From Blasia pusilla (taxonomy: Eukaryota), in NCBI GenBank assembly GCA_050084515.1, contig CM114271.1, positions 29,202,001-29,266,000 of the forward strand: a DNA stretch of 64,000 bases, given 5' to 3'. The position numbers and the translations under genes were made by a program. Below, one piece after another: positions 37,701-48,379 of this stretch (positions are counted from its first letter, which is position 1; every line of letters begins with the position of its first letter). Below the pieces are notes generated by a model, which saw nothing but the letters and a program-made list of their open reading frames with translations, was not told the origin of the DNA and ran no database searches.

Positions 37701-40700
37701 GCATACGACGCCATCGACAGATTGCTTCATTGCGTTGTGGTGGTGCATTCGTGGAACAGAATTTGAGGAGTTTGATTGTGAGGTGTTTATGTAAGAAGAT
37801 TGACAACGTTGGATAGTAGGGTTGCTAAAATTTCTAAAATTTAGCATGCATGCCATTTAGCCGAGGTAGTGGCAAGGGGTTCAAAGCCGCATTTGTGGGT
37901 ATGCATGTTCATGTCAATCGTGAGCATCTTTCACATCTTGGATTGTTAGAAACGGTATTTTGAACTTCTTATCTCTTAGGGAATCATACGAGGAGGAAAG
38001 ATGGGTATAAGATAAAACACTAGAAGGAGAGGCGACTTAGGAGAATTATTTTGAAAGCTAGACGTGCTTGCTTGCTTCATGGGAATGGGAGTTTATCTCC
38101 CTCACCTCAACATTGCCGCACTTCAGGTTTGGCACGACTACGAAATAGTAAAAAATCCCTCCTAAAACGCTATGCAACACGTTTAGGTGACACGGGAAGT
38201 GCCCAATAGAGCACCGTTAACGACTTTTAGAAGAGCACCATGCATCCATTGGAAAAAACAATGTCATTGTCATGAACACCATTTGATTCCCTTAGTCTAG
38301 TAGAAAGAGAGGAAGGGAAGAGAGAGGAAGAGTCTTAAGAGAGAAGAAAGGAGAGAGGAAGTGAGTTGTAACTAGTGGAAGGAGAAATTTGAGTTGAAGA
38401 GAGTTTTCAACAATTAGTTGAAGAGAGGCATCTTCCCTCCAGAAATAAAAATATAAGTTTAAGGTATTTTGACAAGATTAAGGTTGCACAGAAACAAACT
38501 TATCCGTCCATGGGATAGTGTTGTTTGGACTAGTTCAAACATGCCATCTTGCATCCAATCCTACGTACATCATGCCTCACTTGGCCCACGTCCCCACCAT
38601 AAACTTTGCCAACTTTTTTCCTTATGCAATCCTAGGCAAGATATCTAGGTGAAATATCCTTAAGACAAGGTCCTAATCAAGGGGGAGAAGCAAGGAAGTT
38701 GGGAGTAGTTGAGGTGAGCGAGACTCCATGAGACTAGTTATGAAACATGCAAGTCGGCAAGACGACCATAACACACCAAATGGTGGAAGTTAAGATAGAT
38801 GCTAGCCATAAGACACATGAAGAGTGGGTTGAGGTTACATGGTGAGTTTGGAGAAGTCAAGATGGACCAAATCTGCCATGGGATTCCCCCAAGTCATCTT
38901 TGGGATTAACTATTCAAATGTGGGTTCGCAAGATGAAAACCACGTTTGGATTATAGGCCAAAACTAAAAGCCTGAGATGGACATTGGAAAAAGTGGGATT
39001 ACCATGAAGAAAACTAGTAGTATCTACAACAAAAGACCCTTCTCTTCCTACCCGGTTGAGTCTAGTAACAAGGGATTAACCATATTTTGTGTGCAGGCCA
39101 TGTTTCAAGTTTGAGCTAAAGAACCGTTTGGGACTCACCTATGGAATTAACTATTACGCTCCAATCTGGCTAAACAATTGGGGAAGATTGGTTGAGTCTT
39201 GGGGAAGAGACTTTTGAGAGAGACAATATGCACCGTGGGGAGACTTAAAACCGGTTAGAGCTTGGCAGACTCACCCATTGACATATGGGATTCTTGGTTG
39301 GTTGGAGCCTCAATAGTCAACCCAACTCTTCTTCTCGCAACAATCAAGATGGGGATCTTATTGTAGGCTAGTAAGGAGTAGAGATTAAACTTTACGACAA
39401 GATGAGTATATAGGAAAAAAAAATGCACAATGTAAGTCCAAACCACGATTGAGTTGAGGATATTACTCCTAAATCAATATACTCTTCCTATTCTATTTCT
39501 AGTGTGCACATCCTTTGTTGCTATCACCTCAATGTTTCCTTCTTATATAAGATAATTCTCTTCGTCTTTCAACTTATGGCTTAGATTCTCATTTTTTCTT
39601 GATTCTATTTCTTGACTCATAGACAAAAAGAGGATTAATGTCATCCACTTTGTCTGGAAAAAGGTGGACATCAATCTTAGGCTAGATCCGAAATAAATAT
39701 GAACATGTTAGTGATCACCTCCATTAATTAGTATGAATTGCACAACAATGATCATAGAGTCAAGTGCATTTTGTGTGTAATTGGAATCTATAGAAATTGA
39801 CCATTTTTTGGGAGTATTTTCTTGAGCTCTAAGGTATAAGGCTAAGATTTCGTAAATGCACAAGATTTATTCCAAAAAAATCTATATTTCAAACATGCAT
39901 ATGTAGACAAATATAACGTTTTAGAGAACTTAATTTTCTTCTAATATCCAAAGCGTCGTAGTCCATTGACGCATGAATCTAGTAATTTTCTATACAGTAT
40001 AGGGTTTAATGTGTGGGTTTCTACCATTTGAGTTTAGGATCTTGGATTCTCACATTTGGGTAAAGGATTTAGGTTCTAGCGTGTAGGGTTGTGAGCTTAG
40101 TGTCTAAGGTTTAGGTTGAAAGTTGTAGGTCTAAATGCTAGGGATGGGGTTTAAGGTATTCATCGGGAACTTTAGCCAGGAACCAGGTTAATTTCATCCC
40201 ATATTAACTCTACCATGGAATACACTTTGCCTACCACTATATAATGCATATTTTATTGAAAAAAATAATCTAGTGTTTAGAAAAGCATTGCAATTTGTAT
40301 TTTAATTAAACACATGATAACTTGAAAAATAGAATTAATGAGTTAAAATAAAATCAGTTTCTATTAAATAAGCTCATTATTATTAAAAATGTGTGAAGAA
40401 ATAGTTTTGTACTTTGTCTTTAAGTTTTAGGAAATCCCGGAATCTTAATCTAGACTTCAAAATATTAGCTAGACATATGGGTGTGATATTTAGTGAATCA
40501 CCCTCCATCACACATGTTAATTCAATGAAAGAAGCCATCAATGATTCTTCTAGAATAATATGGGTTTTTCAATAAATTTCTTCTCACATGTCTAAGGTTT
40601 TCATAACATTTGGTATAAGATTTTTGTGAAATTTTCAAGAAAAGGTGTGGAATGTTTGGGTTTTGAGTTTCCATATAGGTGAAAAAATAGGTGCCATGTC

Positions 40701-40960
40701 AACTATGGGATGTCCGACCCAAAAATTGGGATTCAATTTTTGGGATATTTAAAAAAAATAACTGAATATTTGATTTATGCAAAACCTTACCCATTTCTGT
40801 AAATTACTTATTTAAGATGTTTTGCTTGCAACAAAGTTTCCTGATTCAAACAAATTCAATGACCATCAATATTGGATTTTAAAATGATATCTAAGTCAAC
40901 TAGAAAACTTGCTCCATCCATCTAAGAGACTAGTATATGCTCGTGCAATGCACTTGTTTA

Positions 40961-41503
40961 AACCTAGGGACGTGGAGAGAGGATACATGCATAGAATTGA
41001 GATTGGTAGTTACTACAAATCCAAGTGTTTTGAGAGAGGATGCATAGTATTTAGGATGGTGTGGAAAAAATATATATATCATGATAAATATGTAGTCTGA
41101 GTGTGGAGGTAGAATACATATTCACGAGCCCGCACCAGCCCGCCCTATGGGGGCCGAACTTGCCATGTGCGGGTCTGAGCCCATGTTGTGGGCTTGGCCA
41201 TAGCTGTGGGCCAAAACATTGGTGCAGACTCAGCCAACCCGGGTCTACACTACAAGCTCGACAGGCTCGGATGCGGGCCGCAGGATTTCGGGTATCCTAT
41301 AATCTTCAATGCATAACTTTTAAGGTGTTGTGGACAAATTGAACCTAGGGACGTGGAGAGAGGATACATACATAGAATTGAGATTGGTAAGTTACTACAA
41401 ATCCAAGTATTTTGAGAGAGGATGCATAGTATTTAGGTTGGTGTGGAAAGAAGATACATATCATGATAAATATGTAGTCTAAGTGTGGAGATAGAATACA
41501 TAT
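40961..41503. repeat. ~163-bp direct repeat (40961-41123 and 41342-41503) flanking a GC-rich spacer
   Basis: AACCTAGGGACGTGGAGAGAGGATACAT...AGAATACATATTC occurs twice with few differences. Confidence 0.85.
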
Positions 41504-44369
41504 TCGGGGTAAGAGCATATATATTAGGGTGGTGTGGACAAGGTTGCATGCGGATAAAATCTATGTATGGTCTAAGACTCTAAGTCCACGTTCATATGTC
41601 TGTCATATAAATGGACTTGCCTGTATGCAAAGAAAATTTTCTCACACACAAAAATTTCATACATCTATGCTTGCCTCCCGTACCGTGAAATGTGTCTCAT
41701 ACATTTTCCCATCTTCTCACCCATCTCCCATATGGCCCGTAATGCTCTCTCTTGACACCTTCATGCATTTAGCCCTATGAACTTGCTTATGAACATCATT
41801 AATACTAGTAATTAGCTATTAGTGTGGTGCACATGATTGGAGGGATAGAAATGAAATTAATCATTATGAAAATTGACATTCCAAACATTGAAAAATATTT
41901 TTTGAGAAATCTTTAAAGAAGGGAATTTTTTAGTATAAAAAATTTATATTAAGACTTTTCCAATTGGTTACTTTTAGAAGAAATTTCCAAAGACTTAAAT
42001 ATAATGTGAAAAACGTAGGGGTTGGATATTTTGATTGAAAAATTTCTAGTAGCAAAAGCTTGATATGAAAACATTTACATGTTAGATGTAGGAATTTGAC
42101 ATGAAAGTTTATGTTAATCTACCTTTATGATGTAATCAAGGAAAAACCTAGAATTTCTATTTTTAAGATTAAGGAGGTGTTAGGAGTTTTTATGGACCAA
42201 ACCATAAGACACAAGAATAGTTGAGATCTATAAGAATGGTATTGTCATAAAGAATATGGGATTGATATGCCCCAAAGCCTTGAGAAAAACATGAGAGACC
42301 CAAGAATAATTAACTAGGCTATGGTACTTGCTCTCTTCCTCTAGACCATGGTCTCATGGTATGGGTATAGTCATATTTAATAACCTATTATATCCCTTGT
42401 GACTACTAGGGAGACATAACTTAAATAGTTATTGTTCATTTTTTTGATGACAATTGAATATTTCCTAAGATACAAGTCTTACCTAAACTTTTTGAGATTA
42501 GATGGTTCCGATTTGTGAGGTCCAAAGTCTTTGTTCATGTTTCAAAATTATGAATCAAAATATTTGAAATGCTAGTGCAAATAATAGACTAAGTTCAATG
42601 GCAACATTTGCTTACCATACAATGCATTTTGTTACGATATTAATTATTATTTGAACATGAGTTTTTAGGTGGAGACTTTTACATTTACACCAAACTAGCT
42701 CTTAGTGATTTCAAACTAGGCCTAAGTAGGAATACTATTATTCTTAAAACTGTCCCAAAAAGCATAAATTCTAGGGTTAATTCTGTTTTTCCTTTGAATA
42801 ACACAAGTTTTTATGATATAGGAACAAATTTTTGGTCTATAATTTCAGGGAATACGTCTACACAATCATGAAAATGGCTGTAGACTAAACTAGCATGTTT
42901 CCGATGGGATGTACGCGTGACACAATTTCCTCAATAGTGGGGCCTTAAAAACAGGTGTCAAAAATAGTTTTTAAAAATTATACCTAAAATTTGAAATTAT
43001 ATTTTATTTCAAAATTTAACTATAATTTCCATAATTTTAAATCTTAAAAGAGGAAGAAAAATTAACCTTTAAATAATACCCATCCTCCCTAAATAATTTC
43101 AATCCTCTGTAAAAGTTTGAACAATAACGATTCTTCCCCTTCCACTCTTCCCACCAAAATAACGTTCACTAATTAAATTTTAATTAATGATATTATTTTC
43201 CATTCAAAATAATTTTTCTTTAGAAAATTATCACACGTGAATTAATAAGATTATTTTTTAAAATAATCACATTATTTTTTTCAAATATTAAATATAATTT
43301 CTATTTTCTAAAATCTTAGAAGAGTAATAATATTTCACTCTTATAAGTAATTACAATCCTCCATTAAGTGATATCCCAATCCCCTAAGTAATCTTACCCT
43401 TCCGTAAAATTTTAAAAAAATCCACTCCTTCTCCATGAAAATTTATTTTCTCTTTCCATTAAATATGAATTAAGGCACAAATTCTAAATTTTTGGTGATT
43501 TCATAATTATTCCAATTTATTAAATTTATAGTCACCCATTATAATATTAAATAATTATTATTTTTTCAATTTCATTCAAATCCCTATATGTTTTCTCTAT
43601 TCCTATCTATTTCTACCCATCTAATGTGGCTCAAACAAAAAAATTCAAACATGTTGCCTATTTTGTCTTATTATCTCACTATCTTGTCGTATTATGCATA
43701 TGGGGTCGCCAATTATTACATAAATTGGCATTACAAGATTAATAGACGTCTATTTAGTCTAAATTCATAATAAGATTGTCTTGTCTATATTGTCTTGTCT
43801 ATACCTTGAGCTGCAAATAATGAGATGCGGACCTGGATGTCCAAGATTCATTTACAATAATTGCGATCAAATTTTGTAAGGCTCATCTCGCAATCGGGTC
43901 TAATCATAAGGCACCATGGATGGTCCTTATAATCGGACCTAAAACTTTCCTTATTAGAGAATTCATTACCTAAGTGTGATCACCTCTTCCTCATGAATCC
44001 ACTTTATTAGAAAAGAAACCCTCAAAAGAGGAAAAAGAAAGGCAATAACATTGTAAGAAGGGATGGAATCAAGAAATGCAAAACGAAAATGGCAACAAGC
44101 CAACACAAAAACCAACTCAATGAGCTACATGATTAATAACTTGAAACAAATTTAACAAGAACAGTAATGGATAGTAGTGGTTGGTCAAACGTGAATAGAC
44201 GGTGACGTGAATGCCTACCAAAACCCCCCTCAAATGACTTTGGCTCATTGTATTAATGCCAAAGCTTGTGTCTCTTAGTCCTTCCTTTTCTACGTAGAAA
44301 ACATAGAAAAGGAAGGACTAAGAGAAGTGGCAAATGAAAAATCTCGAGTGAATATCAAGCGCATGTTTT

Positions 44370-44537
44370 CAGAAAAATATCAAAAGACACGTATAAGTGC
44401 CCAAATACTTCATGTGTAAAAAGACCTTTAGTATGTGCAACCCTACGTACAAAGTCAGAAAAAAAAATATCAAAAGACACATATAAGTGCCCAAATACTT
44501 CCAATGTGAAAAGACCTTTAGTATGTGTAACCCTAGT
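44370..44537. repeat. Tandem duplication of ~85-bp unit
   Basis: AAAATATCAAAAGACAC(G/A)TATAAGTGCCCAAATACTTC...AAAAGACCTTTAGTATGTG occurs twice. Confidence 0.85.
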
Positions 44538-45024
44538 AAGACGCGTTGAACCAATCAAATTATTTAATAAATAAATTTATATATACCTGGCTTGACCTCT
44601 AAATTATAGATATATAGAAAAATATATCTATAACTCATATATCGTCTTCTTCGCTTACTGGATTCTTTTTCCATTTTTTTGCATGAGTCGACGTTCCCAA
44701 TTAAGCTTCCGGAAAGAAAGATCTTAGATCCGGAAGGGTTAGGCCCTTGCACAATTAGCTGATTACTCAGCTGGTATCTGTGTAGAGTGCCCCACAATCT
44801 TCCACATATATATATATATCCCACCTTAAACAATCAAGTCTTCTATGAAAAGAAAGAGGGATGTATACTACACTTCGATAATTGTGACTAAGATTGGGTT
44901 GAAGTTGCCTCAATTTCCAAAGGTATTTAAATCCAGGGCGGAATCCTCGGCTCAACTAATATTCCCTTTTGAAAGATATAGATTGACAAAATTTAATATA
45001 ATTAAAAGTGCTGTGTTGTCATCT

Positions 45025-45097
45025 TCCGTAATAGTCTAGATGGTTAGGATACCTGGCTTTCACCCAGGCGACCCGGGTTCGAGTCCCGGTTACGGAA
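45025..45097 (+). tRNA. trnE-TTC: tRNA-Glu (anticodon TTC)
   Basis: Acceptor stem TCCGTAA/TTACGGA, anticodon arm CCTGG-CTTTCAC-CCAGG, T arm GGTTCGAGTCC; eukaryotic cytosolic type. Confidence 0.96.
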
Positions 45098-45103
45098 ATG
45101 GAA

Positions 45104-45108
45104 GCGGG

Positions 45109-45151
<43 letters not shown>

Positions 45152-45176
45152 GCGTGTTCGATCCACGCTCACCGCA
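45104..45176 (+). tRNA. trnF-GAA: tRNA-Phe (anticodon GAA)
   Basis: GCGGGGATAGCTCAGTTGGGAGAGCGTCAGACTGAAGATCTGAAGGTCGCGTGTTCGATCCACGCTCACCGCA, the canonical plant cytosolic tRNA-Phe; TTTT follows at 45188-45191. Confidence 0.97.
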
Positions 45177-45387
45177 AGTATGTCACCTTTTGGAAATCTA
45201 ATTCCTGTCTGTGTTTGGTGGCGTCGGTTAGCAGCGGTTTGTCGAAAGATCTTGATTATGAGGTCTCTGATTGAGTCCTCCGCCTGAGTCGCCTGTTCGG
45301 TCTCCTGCCAGCGGAGACAGACTTTCATATAGAATTCGAAAGTGAGGGTACACGGGTCCAGGGTTTTGTGTCAGCCGGTCCTTGAAA

Positions 45388-45460
45388 GTGGGATAAGCTC
45401 AGTTGGGCATCGTGAAACGATTAGATGCGATAGGTGGGCTGTCGATCCGCGCTCGCATCG
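45388..45460 (+). pseudogene. Degenerate tRNA-Phe-like sequence
   Basis: GTGGGATAAGCTCAGTTGGG...TCGATCCGCGCTC resembles the 5' half and T arm of the adjacent tRNA-Phe; the anticodon arm is not recognisable. Confidence 0.45.
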
Positions 45461-47327
45461 GCCCTTTCGATCGATTTTTGAATCGGATGCAAAAATTTGA
45501 TGTTTGAAAGTTAGCTACTTTTGAAATGGACATAATCACAGATTCAGCTTTAAAATACACAGCGGGTTTTCAGAAGGTTCCGAAATATGAGAAATGTTCT
45601 TCTGAATGCTTGGAGCATTATTCAAGAACAAGCGGAGACATCCTACGAGTTCATAGAGAAAATGCAGGCACAGAGAAACACCCTAGAAGTCGTACAGAAA
45701 TCTATGACGTTTATCTGAAACGTATGACGGCACCTACCGGATGAATCAAAGACCGTCCAATCTTGTCGCTGGTCTCTCGAGTTGATTCACTTCGTTCGTG
45801 CCCGTGCCGTGGGATGCAGGGTACAGTTCTTCTAGATCTTCAGAGCCTGCATTACCGTCAGTTCCACGAACCAGTCGCAGAAATCCTCCAAGTCAATTGT
45901 GAAGTCAGAAGTGAAACATTCTTGTTCCGATCCCGTCAAGTTTAAGGTTCCTTTTCGATCACTGCTAGTACTCATGAGAAATATCAATAAGTACTTTCAC
46001 CATCGATTTCTTGTTTTGGGAAGTCGATTGTGATTCCTGATTGGCCCATATGTAAGGGTGCAGCTTTACCCGTAGCATCGAATGCTCTGTTCTCTTTGGA
46101 GTTATTCACAATCGAGCACGGAACCAAGCTACCCACATCAGGTGCCGCCGCCGGAGTAAGGATGACCAACTACTGACAACTGACGAATCTACGTGATTCG
46201 TTTCGGGCTGAACTCCGAGCATCTGCGTCGATCTGGACCTAGAGACGACTTGCCTTCATTCTCGAGAAATTAGTCTTGGTGCCTTTGCCAATTCGAAGGT
46301 TGTCGAAGGCGCGAACTCTTTGCAGTCATAACCGATCCACATTTGAAGTTCGCCACGTTCAGTTGCGCATGCCATCGTGACCTTTGGTAGTACCACACAG
46401 CGGGGAGAGGTTGTCTATATCGATGCATATCGACACGCAGGTAGGTACGCTCGGGTAACGCTCCACACATTAACTACATCGCGATCGTTGTGAGCAAATA
46501 AAATTCAGTTTGAATTCGAATCGGAGCGCCATCTGGAACCCCCGGTCTACTTGAGATCGAAGTTGGCCGGAATCCGTAGCTATGTGTCTGTCAAGTCCGG
46601 AGTCGTGAGTGCCTCGAGTCCTCTTGCTCGTGTACAGGATATCTATACGAGGATTTCTACAGACATACACTGACCATACTGTCCCCACATCTTTGCCGAA
46701 AGATCATAAACACATGTACAAAGCTATACATTCCGTATGTAAGGTATAACGTGGTAGTTCCTGTTGCTGCCCGAGGAATGTTCGTTCATCAGAGTCGAGA
46801 AGTCGATGTGGTACGGGAGGGTGGTTATGTGGGACAACGATTTTAACCCTCCATTGGTAAGGATTCATCGACTGGGACTCAAAAGTCGGGCACGTCGAAG
46901 GAGCTTCCGAGTTCATTGTGCACGGATGCAGAATTGAACGCGTCTACGTACGTTCATGCACCTGGAAATTAGCGTAGTTCTTTGTAGATTTATCGAGTTT
47001 TGTGTGGACTGTTGGGTGAACGAGCAGTCTAGAGCTTTGCCGTTTCAATACCTAGAGGTGTTATTTCACCGGCAGGCCAGCGCCGGATTTTGTCACGTCG
47101 TAGCGCGCCAGCGCAATTGCAAGAAGTTGGAGAGTACTTTCATACTCAATCTTCTGAACCCGATCGGATTCAAGGTACTGGTGACAGCTGAACAACTTTA
47201 GATCACTTGTATAGGATTGATTGTTACCCGGTTTAGATAAATCGTGCGACTGGACCATCTAATATGAGGAACAAATATATTAATATAGGTTGTGCTTAGT
47301 TTCCATGGCATGCGCTACGTTCTTTAA

Positions 47328-48338
47328 TTGGCAGCCATGCCTCTAGTCTCTCAAGAGTTTCAAAGTCTCAGCACGGAGCCTAGGGTGATGGATTTGACTA
47401 GTACTAGTGACCGAAGGGAACCTCAACGCAAGGAAAGGTTGGGGGTGAGTACGAGTAGTCGCACGGAAAATGAAAGCGATCGTCGCGAAGGATTGCAGAT
47501 GTTTTCCATGGCAGAGATGATCGGCTTTCTGGCGAGAATGAATCTTGGAGTGAACCGCAAACGGTCCGTGCGAGGTGTACATCCACCGTGTCTTGCTACG
47601 CATGGGCAATCCGATGAGCCTGCTCCACATGCCAGGACTTGTGCGAACTTCACGTCTCAGGATGCGATCACGCGCAAGTTGACGATAGTGCCAGGAACAG
47701 CTCGAGAGTACCCCGTCGACTGTTCCAATTCCCATTGCCATAATCTAGCTGATTCTGGCTGCAACCGGGTCGATGATGTGGGAACTCGAGCCTCAGCAGA
47801 GGAGACCCTCCTAACGTACATTATAGACCGACTCGACGGTTGGCAAGAGCATCTGTGTCGGCTCTCTAATGCGGGGGCCAATGCCGGCCTACACCTACCT
47901 GCGGTGGACGCTGCTTTGGTACAGCTCGGGGAAGAGCTCTTACTTATGAGGGGAAACCTGCGCACTCTCGCTGCTACAAGCGATACTTATTCGGTCACAG
48001 ATGGCCCGGAAGACGTCGTGTGTCGCTACATTCTTCTCCACGAGAGGTCCAGTACGTTCGTCTTCTCTTACGAAGAATTGTGTAGATACATGTCAAGTTT
48101 GTCGACTTGGAAGCTTTGCACCACTGCGGTACCTACTTCCCTAGTCTTCTGGCACTTTCATCATAGGAACGTTAACGGTCAAGTCATTGAAGAGCACGAT
48201 GCGTGTGCTGTATTGTCCTACAAAAACATCATGCGATTGACTAGGGGCGAAGCGTACAACTTCGTCGATGCTGTCAACAGTGTCGAAGGAGCTGTTATCT
48301 TTCGGGTCTTTGAGGGTGTTGTTCCCACTCCCCACTGA
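47328..48338 (+). CDS. Hypothetical protein, 336-codon intronless ORF (first ATG at 47337)
   Basis: Long uninterrupted ORF in a CpG-retaining island; no recognisable motif; followed by (CT)n. Confidence 0.5.
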   Translation: MAAMPLVSQEFQSLSTEPRVMDLTSTSDRREPQRKERLGVSTSSRTENESDRREGLQMFSMAEMIGFLARMNLGVNRKRSVRGVHPPCLATHGQSDEPAPHARTCANFTSQDAITRKLTIVPGTAREYPVDCSNSHCHNLADSGCNRVDDVGTRASAEETLLTYIIDRLDGWQEHLCRLSNAGANAGLHLPAVDAALVQLGEELLLMRGNLRTLAATSDTYSVTDGPEDVVCRYILLHERSSTFVFSYEELCRYMSSLSTWKLCTTAVPTSLVFWHFHHRNVNGQVIEEHDACAVLSYKNIMRLTRGEAYNFVDAVNSVEGAVIFRVFEGVVPTPH

Positions 48339-48348
48339 TTGATCCTCT

Positions 48349-48353
<5 letters not shown>

Positions 48354-48379
<26 letters not shown>
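48354..48379. repeat. (CT)n microsatellite
   Basis: TCTCTC run immediately after the ORF stop. Confidence 0.9.

Noticed and set aside
37400-44000. AT-rich region with short ORFs
   Set aside because: Appears to be ancient TE debris; no assignable motifs.
46704-46916. W.V....HNH motif suggestive of a FAR1/MULE DNA-binding domain
   Set aside because: Short ORF with an upstream stop and no other MULE motifs.
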